A DNA stretch of 35,867 bases, from IMG/VR virus record IMGVR_UViG_3300005805_000236, positions 1 to 35,867 of that record. One strand, given 5' to 3'. The position numbers and the translations under genes were made by a program. Under the pieces are notes generated by a model. It ran no database searches, was not told the origin of the DNA, and saw only the letters and a program-made list of their open reading frames with translations. Positions 21,501 to 29,157 of this stretch are shown here, one piece after another; position 1 is the first letter of the stretch; every line of letters starts with the position of its first letter. This DNA is from a virus. Lineage: Duplodnaviria; Caudoviricetes.

Positions 21501-22252
21501 CGACAGTTATAAACTTTGGTCCAGCATCATTCCCAACTATGATATTTTTTGGACCGACATCATTTGGAACACTTATAAATTTTGGTCCTCCACCAACAGT
21601 GAGTGTTGATTGGGGAACTCCACCAGTGGTTAGTTGCACAGTAAGTATTGTATGCCCAACTGGTGGAGCAAGTTTTGCATCACGATTTGCAGATGAACCA
21701 GTTGATCCAACAATGAATGTTGAAATCTCAGAATTGGGAATACCAAGTATTATTAGGGTTGTTGCACCTGTTATACCAGATATAAAAATATTACATGATG
21801 TTCCAGCTTTAATTAGAGTGGAACAGTTGAAGATACCATCTGCAATTAGCTTGATAACTGATTTTCAGATTCCAAACGAAATCAGACTCGTTACTACAGA
21901 TTTGCCAAAAGAAATCAAATTAGTATCAGAAAATATTCCTAGTGTAATTGAAATTGACGCAAGTAAAATGCCTAATTTTATAAGACTTGAAGTCCCAAGC
22001 GATTTCCCAACATCTATTAAATTAGACGCTAGTGAAATACCAGACAAAATACAAGTTGTAGGCATACCTCCACAAATTGAAATAGTTGGCAGTATTCCAT
22101 CAGAAATAAAATTAGTGATGCCAGACAAACCTGAAATAGAAATGGTTTATAAAGGTGCGCCTATAGATGTTAAAATACAACTAGATGTAAGCAAATTAAA
22201 TGGCGATAGCCAAAAAGGACAGTGTGTTGCAATTGTCCCTTGTACAGATTAA
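18518..22252 (+). CDS. Giant Pro/Gly-rich repeat protein (paralog 3), probable fibre
   Basis: Shared N-terminal domain (AEHHNQLVDAI), PKD-like IDFGDG...HVY segment, about 60 FGP-ending units, then IP..I.(L/V) periodic C-terminus. Confidence 0.8.
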   Translation: MSHNFPPIPVYPKNYDTNRTLYLVYNTSETVTTVDNSPFENSIEIQPVLQSENEIWADNGFANINGELFYYGGVLKNANNKVYKLINCARNLGGTKTRFNSAGAEVRGYVVAEHHNQLVDAIIKTQNFIGYNFTPDQASLDWRIRNLAELEVIFDDYTCPDVTFFFSITSVSPVAGTVATYNVEITGAYKSFRIDFGDGKFTTTDLFGTHVYAANTTIDPVIQVNTEQCTIVQSPSERTIAQQPNIQVPNQPLEFLIPNIPDIPPLVIPTINLPQINVQPPPIVFPCLDIGPLGPINIPSIIVVDPPIPTIINFGPLPNFCSTINFGPFTLPTLIEFGPLPAFPSIVIGSFPTFPTMIEFGPFPVCSLINFGPLNCPTLINFGPIKLPSIINFGPFFIPTIINFGPLPNFCSTITFGPIQIPSIIEFGPPPTLPSITFGTFPTFPTMITFGPFPVCSLINFGPLNCPTIINFGPLDIPTIIGFGPLDIPTQITFGPLTGLCTVIQFGPLDLPSIINFGPVPSFSVINFGPVPTFPTTINFGPFPVCSLILFGPLSCPTLINFGPIDIPTVINFGPTDIPTQITFGPLTGLCTVIQFGPVDLPSIINFGPTPSFSVINFGPVPTFPTTINFGPFPVCSLILFGPLSCPTLINFGPVDIPTVINFGPTDIPTQITFGPLTGLCTIIQFGPVDLPSLINFGPVPSFSMIQFGPPPTFPTVIGFGPFPVCSLINFGPLNCPTLINFGPADIPTLINFGPTDIPTQITFGPLTGLCTVIQFGPVDLPSIINFGPTPSFSMIQFGPPPSFPTVIGFGPFPVCSLINFGPLNCPTLINFGPVDIPTLINFGPTDIPTQITFGPLTGLCTVIQFGPVNLPTLINFGPTPSFSMIQFGPPPSFPTVIGFGPFPVCSLINFGPLNCPTLINFGPVNVPTLINFGPLSGLCTLIQFGPVNLPTLINFGPANIPSIINFGPANIATLINFGPVNVPTQITFGPVSVPTVINFGPASFPTMIFFGPTSFGTLINFGPPPTVSVDWGTPPVVSCTVSIVCPTGGASFASRFADEPVDPTMNVEISELGIPSIIRVVAPVIPDIKILHDVPALIRVEQLKIPSAISLITDFQIPNEIRLVTTDLPKEIKLVSENIPSVIEIDASKMPNFIRLEVPSDFPTSIKLDASEIPDKIQVVGIPPQIEIVGSIPSEIKLVMPDKPEIEMVYKGAPIDVKIQLDVSKLNGDSQKGQCVAIVPCTD
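19441..21590 (+). repeat. Hierarchical coding tandem repeat: 33/36-nt units nested in 270-nt units
   Basis: accaacacaaattacatttggtcctt recurs at 19981, 20251, 20521, 20791 and 21061. Diverged copies start at 19441 and 19711 (taatttttg at 19471 and 19741). Confidence 0.95.
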
Positions 22253-22261
22253 TTATTTGCA

Positions 22262-22275
22262 AAACTATATTAAAT
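22262..22275 (+). promoter_or_regulatory. Putative phage promoter motif AAACTATATTAAAT
   Basis: Exact 14-nt match to 26227-26240. Both copies are intergenic and sit just before start codons. Confidence 0.45.
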
Positions 22276-22276
22276 C

Positions 22277-23122
22277 ATGCAAACAAGAATAAAATCATAT
22301 GCTGATGGTAATCAATATATTAGAACTCCCCAAGGGATGTGGGTGAGAAATTATACAAATCTTAAACAAAAATACAAAGATATAAATAAAACATATATTA
22401 GGCAAGATTTTTTTACTTTTCTTAAAAACGAAGTTCAAAACAGTATGCAAAGATTCAGTTGGATTGAAAACGAAAATTTTTTGCATGAGACTGTCGTTAT
22501 CGTAGCCGATGGCTACGATTTTGAAAATAAACAAAAGTTGCTTGAAAAAATTCCTAAAAATGTAACACTTATTGGAGTCCTAGGTAGTTTGTCAAAGTGG
22601 AATATTAAAAAATCTTTAGACTACTACTTAGTGAACAATCCGTACGAAACATGCATGAAATATTTCAACAGAAGAATGAAAGCTATGCCAAAGTGTATAG
22701 CTTCCCTAAAAACAGACTCAAATTTCTTGATGAATTATAGAGGAGTTGTTTACAAATATTTGCCAGTATACGAAGAAGAATACAAATCAAAATTTATCAA
22801 AGAAGTATCTTTGCAAATTGATGATTACAGAAACCCAATATGTGCAGCGATCCATTTTTCTTTTCTTTTTGGTGCCAGCAAAGTTTTTTTGTTTTGTTGT
22901 GATGACAGTTTTGCTGGTGAAAGACCTGCTGCTGAAAAATTAGAAAATGGATTGTATCAATATCCTCAACAAAAAATTGCACATGATCTGATTGATGCAA
23001 AAATGTTTTGGTTAAGTAAAATAAAATATCAAGAAATAGAAATTTTTGATCATTCTAGTGGTTCAGTTTATAATAATGCGACATATATATCAGAAGAAGA
23101 ATTTTTAAAAAAATGTATATAG
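22277..23122 (+). CDS. Maf/DUF115 (MptE-like) family protein, putative glycosyltransferase
   Basis: TVVIVADGYDF...IGV..SL, DYYLVNNP and AAIHFS..FGASKVFLFCCD parallel the a.I.g.GPSL and A..MG...I.L.G.D motifs of this fold. Confidence 0.6.
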   Translation: MQTRIKSYADGNQYIRTPQGMWVRNYTNLKQKYKDINKTYIRQDFFTFLKNEVQNSMQRFSWIENENFLHETVVIVADGYDFENKQKLLEKIPKNVTLIGVLGSLSKWNIKKSLDYYLVNNPYETCMKYFNRRMKAMPKCIASLKTDSNFLMNYRGVVYKYLPVYEEEYKSKFIKEVSLQIDDYRNPICAAIHFSFLFGASKVFLFCCDDSFAGERPAAEKLENGLYQYPQQKIAHDLIDAKMFWLSKIKYQEIEIFDHSSGSVYNNATYISEEEFLKKCI

Positions 23123-23129
23123 GAAGGTT

Positions 23130-23423
23130 ATGCAGAATCCTTTTAGTTTCTTTAATTTATCAGATTTTAAAAAATGGGTCAAAAATCATTCTGAAGAAGA
23201 AGACAAGAATTTGTCTTGTTTAGGAAAAAAAATTAAAGCAAAAAACAATATTGAAAATTTTGAAGAAAAAATCACCATGGAATCAGGTGACAGCGATATG
23301 GTTTTAAATGAATTTTTAAAATCAGGTGGTATAATAGTCGAACAAGATGGAAACAAATACTTAATTGAAGTAGAATCTGGTTCTTTTATTTGTCATAAAA
23401 GATTTTTAAAAAAAATTAACTAG
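23130..23423 (+). CDS. Hypothetical protein
   Basis: 97-aa ORF with SD AGGAAGG. Confidence 0.7.
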   Translation: MQNPFSFFNLSDFKKWVKNHSEEEDKNLSCLGKKIKAKNNIENFEEKITMESGDSDMVLNEFLKSGGIIVEQDGNKYLIEVESGSFICHKRFLKKIN

Positions 23424-23784
23424 ATTTTCTAAGCATGGTTGTAGTTTGTTGTAAATTCTTTGTTGATAATTCAAAAGAAGTAGATGTAGAATTTCCAAAT
23501 TTAGGCATGTTAGACACTGGCAAATTGTAATAACCTCTATTTGATAATTGTTGTTTAAATGCAGCATAATTAGACGAAGATTCTACCCATGGTTCGTACA
23601 AAAATCTGTTATCGTAAATTTCTTTGGCAATGAATTCGTGATAATCTGTAGGAAGCTGTAAATCAAAAAGATTTGTAATTCTTGTGGCCATGATTTTTTT
23701 GCCACGAAATTGACTTAGAATCTTAATTCCGCTTTTATCTCTTCTTCCTAAGTAAATCCAAATTGTAAATTCAGTTGTCGCCAT
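23416..23784 (-). CDS. Hypothetical protein
   Basis: 122-aa ORF with SD GAGG on the minus strand. Confidence 0.7.
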   Translation of the reverse strand: MATTEFTIWIYLGRRDKSGIKILSQFRGKKIMATRITNLFDLQLPTDYHEFIAKEIYDNRFLYEPWVESSSNYAAFKQQLSNRGYYNLPVSNMPKFGNSTSTSFELSTKNLQQTTTMLRKSS

Positions 23785-23926
23785 TTTTTTTTACCTCTTT
23801 ACCGCAAAGTTCTTCAAATAGAACTTCCATAAGCACTCTCTTATAAATATCATCATCTCCTAATTTAGATGAGAATATACTTAGAGCTTCTAAAAAATTT
23901 TTTACTTTTTCGGCATCATTATCCAT
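23771..23926 (-). CDS. Small hypothetical protein (51 aa, MDNDAEKVKNF...)
   Basis: Restarted at the internal Met preceded by AAGGT. The longer 94-aa ORF would overlap the opposite-strand gene by about 130 nt. Confidence 0.5.
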   Translation of the reverse strand: MDNDAEKVKNFLEALSIFSSKLGDDDIYKRVLMEVLFEELCGKEVKKNGDN

Positions 23927-24536
23927 GACTATACCTTTTGAAAAATATCTAAAAATTAAAGATAAATATTGTTTTTCTTTTTTTGGAAACAACAATGAAT
24001 ATATCATTCTTCTTAAAATGCTAAGACCATATATGGAATCCAAATATAAAGGCATACAAATATATCTTGCATGTAAAGATGATTCATATTATTTATTACA
24101 AGACGAACCAAGATGTATAAAAAAAAGCGAATATAAAAAAGATGATTTTTGTTATGTCAGAAACATTATGACAAATCTCAATGCACATCCTATTTTCGAA
24201 ATATTGCAAGAATCTGATATAGAAATACCAATCTTAAGTTCTATAAATGAAAGTGTTTCAAGTAAAATTTATTTATATACAGATGGATTTGTACCCACAA
24301 AATCATTAAATCAAGATCAAATTAAAAAAATAACCAATAAAATAGAATCTTATGGTAAAAAGTGCATAATAAATGAAAAACACGATGGATTTTCTTCAAT
24401 CTTTTCAGTTGAAAATGAATTGTTGGTTACAAACGCCTTAAATGGCTTAAATTGCACATTAATTGATGATGGATATAGCATGAGCCTATACAGAAAACTT
24501 TTTGCTAAAATTAATGTTATAAGTATGAATTGGTAA
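23925..24536 (+). CDS. Degenerate glycosyltransferase family 9-like protein
   Basis: LRPYMESKYKGIQIYLAC resembles the GT9 N-terminal helix-strand. PTKSL..DQI and FSVENE parallel KTLLPEQI and ISVDTA of the 25260 protein. Confidence 0.4.
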   Translation: MTIPFEKYLKIKDKYCFSFFGNNNEYIILLKMLRPYMESKYKGIQIYLACKDDSYYLLQDEPRCIKKSEYKKDDFCYVRNIMTNLNAHPIFEILQESDIEIPILSSINESVSSKIYLYTDGFVPTKSLNQDQIKKITNKIESYGKKCIINEKHDGFSSIFSVENELLVTNALNGLNCTLIDDGYSMSLYRKLFAKINVISMNW

Positions 24537-24617
24537 AAAAATTAACAAATCATCAAGCAGAAGATAGAGTAGAAAATATATATAAAAATGACATTTGTTT
24601 AAACCCAGAGGAGAATC

Positions 24618-25196
24618 ATGAGTACATTTAAAGTAAAATTAAATAATTCACAACAGGGATTGCTTGACATAAACCCTTCAACATCATCTCAGTTCTCTAC
24701 TTCAATTCAAAGAACAATTTTTGTTCAAGGACCAAATAAAAAATATCGTAAGCTTATCGATGGAGAAGAATTTACTGATTGCAATTATTGGAAAAGATTC
24801 GCTTATCCTGAAATGCCCTACAGCGAAGCTTTCATTGAAGTTCTAACAGATGATGGATCTGTCTACAGCGATACTCCATCAGAAAATAATTATCCTTCTG
24901 TTACTGATGTTGTAGTAACCGCTGGTGAAACCTATGGTGATGCAGAAGTTGATATTGCTGGTGATACTGGAAGCTACGCAAATTTTGTTCAAATCACCAA
25001 CAATGGTCCAGATAATGTGCAAGTTAAATTGAATAATTTATCTAGTGCGGTTTTCACTCTTGAATCTAGTGCAACTCAAGTTTTTAATGCTGGCGATTTA
25101 GTAATAACTAAGCTTAATTTCTTGAATGCTGTTAGCGGTGGAACCACAGCCGATTTGCAAGTTCTTTGTTCCATTAAAGTAAATTGCGAGAGTTAA
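24618..25196 (+). CDS. Hypothetical, probably structural protein
   Basis: Strong SD GAGGAG, acidic beta-rich C-terminus, own downstream terminator. Confidence 0.65.
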   Translation: MSTFKVKLNNSQQGLLDINPSTSSQFSTSIQRTIFVQGPNKKYRKLIDGEEFTDCNYWKRFAYPEMPYSEAFIEVLTDDGSVYSDTPSENNYPSVTDVVVTAGETYGDAEVDIAGDTGSYANFVQITNNGPDNVQVKLNNLSSAVFTLESSATQVFNAGDLVITKLNFLNAVSGGTTADLQVLCSIKVNCES

Positions 25197-25208
25197 CAAT
25201 TTAAATTT

Positions 25209-25245
25209 AAAAAAATGCCACTATTTCAACATAGTGGCATTTTTT
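25209..25245 (+). terminator. Rho-independent terminator, potentially bidirectional
   Basis: aaaaaaaTGCCACTAT-ttcaac-ATAGTGGCAtttttt: perfect stem flanked by A and T tracts. Confidence 0.85.
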
Positions 25246-25259
25246 ATTATTGGTAACTT

Positions 25260-26219
25260 ATGGCTCAATTATCTAAAAAAGATTATATAAAACCTACAAT
25301 CACTTTAAAAGATTTTCATAATAAGAAAAATAAAATCTTAATATGGCATGAAAAAGGTGGATTAGGCGATGTTTTCATGCAAAGAATGATGTTTGATGAT
25401 ATAAGAAAATCATTACCCAATGCTGAAATTACATTTGCTTGTTTGCCAGAATATTTAGATGCTGCTTCGGATCATCCTGCCATAGATAAATTTGTAGACG
25501 CAAGATATGTTGATGAAAATGACTACATTTATTGTTTTAACACCTGTGTAGGTATTGCAGACAGATTTGAACATTATCGTGCGCCTAATTATACAGAAAA
25601 TAGAAGCGATATTTGGGCAGCTTATTGTGGTATCAAATTGACATCACACGAAATGAACTTTGTGATAGATGAAGAATTAAAGATAAAAGCAAAGAAAAAT
25701 TTAAATACATTAAGAAAAAACAACAAACCAATAATTGGTTTTGCTCCAAAATCTAAAATGGCAGTAAAAACATTACTGCCAGAACAAATAGAAATCATAG
25801 CCGAAAGATGTAAAGATTATACTATTATTGCTTTTCACAAAGAAGAATTACTTTATTGCAAAAAATTTGGAATACCAACTGTAAGCAATATAAATATAAA
25901 AGAATTAATTGCGTATGTAGATTCTGTTGATTACATGATTTCGGTAGATACAGCAGCATTTCATCTTGCTGGAGGTTTAAAAAAACCTCTGTGTGGAATA
26001 TTTACATTTGCTGATGGCAAAGCATATGGAAAACATTATGACTTTGTGTTGGTGCAAAAACATCGAGATAATGGAAATTGGGACTGTGGTCCATGTTTTA
26101 AAATGGGTAATTGCCCTAAAACTAAAAAAATTCTTAAACCTTGTTTGACTGAATTAACTAAACAAGAAATAGTTGAGGGCATAGATAAAATGTTTCACAA
26201 ATGGGTTTACAATTCTTAA
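25260..26219 (+). CDS. Glycosyltransferase family 9 (ADP-heptose:LPS heptosyltransferase-like)
   Basis: GGLGDVFM, P.AEITF, HPAIDKF, ISVDTAAFHLAGGLKKPLCGIF and the C-terminal CGPC...CP....C cluster. Confidence 0.9.
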   Translation: MAQLSKKDYIKPTITLKDFHNKKNKILIWHEKGGLGDVFMQRMMFDDIRKSLPNAEITFACLPEYLDAASDHPAIDKFVDARYVDENDYIYCFNTCVGIADRFEHYRAPNYTENRSDIWAAYCGIKLTSHEMNFVIDEELKIKAKKNLNTLRKNNKPIIGFAPKSKMAVKTLLPEQIEIIAERCKDYTIIAFHKEELLYCKKFGIPTVSNINIKELIAYVDSVDYMISVDTAAFHLAGGLKKPLCGIFTFADGKAYGKHYDFVLVQKHRDNGNWDCGPCFKMGNCPKTKKILKPCLTELTKQEIVEGIDKMFHKWVYNS

Positions 26220-26226
26220 AAATAAC

Positions 26227-26240
26227 AAACTATATTAAAT
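26227..26240 (+). promoter_or_regulatory. Putative phage promoter motif AAACTATATTAAAT
   Basis: Identical to 22262-22275. Lies upstream of SD GAGG and the 26254 gene. Confidence 0.45.
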
Positions 26241-26253
26241 ATAAGAGGTTAAA

Positions 26254-26487
26254 TTGGCACAACTTATAAAAACTGGTGATCTGCGAGTAATTACTAAAGA
26301 AGGTGAATGCAAGCTTTCTATAAGTATTGATTTAAATATCAATTTGAACACATTGGGAGTTTCTGTGAATGCACAAGCAAACAATCAAAATGTTGTCCAA
26401 GAAGAAGAAAAAAAGAAAGATGATGTTGCTTGGCAAATACCAGATTTTTCGCCAGTGCAAAAATTAAATTTCGGTAAAAAATCTTAA
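26254..26487 (+). CDS. Small hypothetical protein upstream of the actin-like gene
   Basis: TTG start with SD GAGG. Beta-hairpin-like N-terminal half, charged linker, WQIPDF C-terminal motif. Confidence 0.65.
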   Translation: MAQLIKTGDLRVITKEGECKLSISIDLNINLNTLGVSVNAQANNQNVVQEEEKKKDDVAWQIPDFSPVQKLNFGKKS

Positions 26488-26496
26488 GGAGCAAAT

Positions 26497-27501
26497 ATGG
26501 CAATAGGATTTGATGTTGGAACTTATAATTTGGTTTGTTGTCAGAGAGATGAAAAAGGCAATTTCGTTAATCGTAGAGAAATTAACGCTTTTATAGAATT
26601 ACCACTAGAAAACAGATATGTTTTTGACATGATGAAACAAGCTGGTGCGCCTATTATCGAGCGAGAAGATGTTGCATATGTTGTGGGAGAAGCAGCAGTA
26701 AATATGGCATATACTATTAATCAAATAGAGTTAAAAAGACCAATGTCTGGTGGATGTGTAAATCCTAAAGAAAAAGACGCATTTCAAATATTAAATATTA
26801 TGATTCATAGCCTTCTTGATGGTGTGAGACAAGATAACGAAACTCTTTATTATTGTGTACCAGCTAATGCAATTAATGAAGAAACAGATGCTGATTATCA
26901 TACCAAAGTTTTAGAGGCAATTTTTAAAGCATATGAATCTGAAAAAGGATATAAAGTAAACGCACACCCAATCAATGAGGCTTTAGCTCTTGTCTATGCA
27001 GAATTAGGTAAAAAAGCATATACAGGGATTGGAATTTCTTTTGGAGCAGGCATGGTAAATTTATGTTACTCCATGTATGGAAATCCTTTGTTTAAGTTTG
27101 CGATTGTAAATAGCGGAGATTGGATTGATAAGCAAGCTGCAAAAGCAACTGGAAACACGCCTACTTTTATAAATAAAGAAAAAACAAAAATAGATCTAAG
27201 TGCTGTTCCAACATCTATGGTAGAAAGAGCAGTGCAAACTCAGTATAGAATTATGATTGAACACACTATTGCTGAAATAAAAAAAGGATTGACATCATCC
27301 AGTAAAGCCGTAAATAGTGATGCCCCTGTGGATATTGTTATTGCAGGAGGAACTTCATCTCCTCCGGGTTTCGATAAACTTTTTAAGGAAACTATTTTGC
27401 AAGCGAAGTTGCCAATTAAAATTGGTGATGTAATTCGCCCAGAAGATCCACTGTTCAGTGTTGCTCGTGGATGTTTGATTGCTGCTGAAAATGCACGATA
27501 G
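26497..27501 (+). CDS. Actin-fold (ASKHA) ATPase, ParM/MreB/Alp-like
   Basis: Phosphate-1 IGFDVGT, VPA, connect-1 INEALA, phosphate-2 GISFGAGMVN, adenosine IVIAGGTS and connect-2 PLFSVARG. 334 aa, SD AAGGAG. Confidence 0.9.
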   Translation: MAIGFDVGTYNLVCCQRDEKGNFVNRREINAFIELPLENRYVFDMMKQAGAPIIEREDVAYVVGEAAVNMAYTINQIELKRPMSGGCVNPKEKDAFQILNIMIHSLLDGVRQDNETLYYCVPANAINEETDADYHTKVLEAIFKAYESEKGYKVNAHPINEALALVYAELGKKAYTGIGISFGAGMVNLCYSMYGNPLFKFAIVNSGDWIDKQAAKATGNTPTFINKEKTKIDLSAVPTSMVERAVQTQYRIMIEHTIAEIKKGLTSSSKAVNSDAPVDIVIAGGTSSPPGFDKLFKETILQAKLPIKIGDVIRPEDPLFSVARGCLIAAENAR

Positions 27502-27521
27502 AAAAAGGAAGAAAGAAAGAA

Positions 27522-27974
27522 ATGGCTAATCATAAAAGCGTATCAGACCTCGGTGCTGCTGCATATTTGCTTATGCACGATTATAAAGTCGTTGGTAGAA
27601 GAGGTAAAGAAATACTTTTTTCTACGGATGAAAAAAAATCTAATGATCAATTTGATCAATTAACATTAGATTACTTATCAAGTGAATTTCACAGATTTGA
27701 TGCTTGTATTATGTCTCTGAAAAAAATTGGAGATTATGCTTTTCAAGCAAAAAATCAAAGATTTGTCACAGATTTAGGTGCTGCAGCCTACATCTTAATG
27801 CACAAATATAAAGTATTGGGCAAAAAAGGAAAAGCTGTATACTTTGAAATTGATAATGACGGAAGTGATAAATTTGATGAATTGTCTCTTGAATACCTAT
27901 CAAGTGAATTTCACCGATTTGATTCTTGTCTAATGTCGTTGAAAAAAATCAACGAATATGTAAGCAATCAATAA
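27522..27974 (+). CDS. Tandem-duplicated small-domain protein (DUF5659-like)
   Basis: Two halves of about 75 aa, each V(S/T)DLGAAAY(L/I)LMH.YKV.G..GK...F....FD.L.L.YLSSEFHRFD.C.MSLKKI. Family name is from recall of the DL..AAYL motif. Confidence 0.7.
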   Translation: MANHKSVSDLGAAAYLLMHDYKVVGRRGKEILFSTDEKKSNDQFDQLTLDYLSSEFHRFDACIMSLKKIGDYAFQAKNQRFVTDLGAAAYILMHKYKVLGKKGKAVYFEIDNDGSDKFDELSLEYLSSEFHRFDSCLMSLKKINEYVSNQ

Positions 27975-28010
27975 ATCAATTTAAATGCCATATATCATAC
28001 ATATCTTAAG

Positions 28011-28031
28011 AAGACAACTTTGTTGTCTTTT
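28011..28031 (+). terminator. Hairpin, possible terminator or translational control element
   Basis: AAGACAAC-ttt-GTTGTCTT-tt: an 8-bp perfect stem abutting SD GAGGAG (28032-28037). Confidence 0.45.
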
Positions 28032-28042
28032 GAGGAGTTATT

Positions 28043-29155
28043 ATGCCAAATTTAAACACTGAATTGTTATCAAAAATTGACACGGCTGTTGATGCCATGG
28101 TTTCTATGCTAAAAAAACAATTAGTTTCAGGCCAAGGATTTCAGAAGCGTGGCTTATGGGATAGATTCAAAAACTTTTTATCAAATACATGGTATGGTAG
28201 ATACAGTCAAAAAAACCCATATTATTTTATAAACACACTAGGCGACTTTGCCGGATCTTCATCCCCAAAAAAAATTCAAAAAAATGAATCCAATAACAAA
28301 TTAATGAGTGTTAAACATTATTTAGAAATTAAATCTTTATTTGACAAATTAGAAGAAGAATTATCCACGATAAATGAAAATGAAAGCAATACAGAAAATT
28401 TAAGAATTATTAGAATCATTGATGATTGGGCAAGAAATCTAAAAATTGCTCTTAAAAATGTATTTTCAGATGCAATCAAAACAAATGACATAGAACAGAA
28501 AAAACAAAAGAAAATAGAAGAACCAAAAAATCTGCAGCAATGCAGAACAGATTTGGAAAATAAACATAAAGAAGGCAAAATAAGTCCAAAAGATTATTTT
28601 GTTCTTAGAGCCATGATAGACAGAGGAGATTTAGCTAATGCTTGCAAATCATTAGAAGAAATACTTAAAAATGCAGAACTACAACCAGAGGAAATAGAAG
28701 GAAACAATGAACCGCAGGAAACAGAGGAAACATTAGAAAAACAAGATAAAAAAGATGCTGAACAGCCAATCTCCTCAGAGCCAGAAATGACAGAAGAAGA
28801 AAAAAAATTCCCTTTTAGCATCGAAGACACAAATGAAGGTTTTAAAAAAATTAGAGATGCTTTGAGAAATAAAAAACCATTTAAAAATCAATTTGCAGAA
28901 TGGGAATCTAAAGCTAGTCCATATCAAAAGAAAAAATTTGAAAAACTAGAGTCTTTTTTACAAAAATCATTAGTTGGCGAAGTTGATAGAGATGAATTTT
29001 TAAGCAATTTAAAAAAATATAAAATTATTGTTAGTCATATATTAGATAAAAGCGAATTTCCAAAAGGATCTAAAATTGAAAACACATCTCCTTTTTGTGG
29101 ACTTAATTTACAAGAAAAAACCAATTACATAAAAAAACTAATAGCAGAGAGGTAG
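28043..29155 (+). CDS. Hypothetical Lys/Glu-rich helical protein
   Basis: 370-aa ORF with strong SD and an acidic low-complexity linker. Confidence 0.75.
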   Translation: MPNLNTELLSKIDTAVDAMVSMLKKQLVSGQGFQKRGLWDRFKNFLSNTWYGRYSQKNPYYFINTLGDFAGSSSPKKIQKNESNNKLMSVKHYLEIKSLFDKLEEELSTINENESNTENLRIIRIIDDWARNLKIALKNVFSDAIKTNDIEQKKQKKIEEPKNLQQCRTDLENKHKEGKISPKDYFVLRAMIDRGDLANACKSLEEILKNAELQPEEIEGNNEPQETEETLEKQDKKDAEQPISSEPEMTEEEKKFPFSIEDTNEGFKKIRDALRNKKPFKNQFAEWESKASPYQKKKFEKLESFLQKSLVGEVDRDEFLSNLKKYKIIVSHILDKSEFPKGSKIENTSPFCGLNLQEKTNYIKKLIAER

Positions 29156-29157
29156 TA

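Noticed and set aside
19441-21590. Repeat array as a CRISPR array or DGR template/variable repeat pair
   Set aside because: The repeats are in frame within one ORF, have no unique spacers and differ mainly at synonymous sites rather than adenines. No reverse transcriptase is present in the window.
19339-21639. Series of 68-138 aa minus-strand and alternate-frame ORFs spaced 270 nt apart
   Set aside because: They are shadows of the coding repeat on the plus strand.
26190-28042. parC-like centromere iterons around the actin-like operon
   Set aside because: The intergenic gaps are short and show no direct-repeat array, only one promoter-like motif and one hairpin.
279-28830. Other short ORFs nested in long genes (e.g. 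279-527, 2210-2599, 5626-5946, 12201-12560, 27240-27533, 28318-28830)
   Set aside because: They overlap well-supported genes and show no recognisable motifs.
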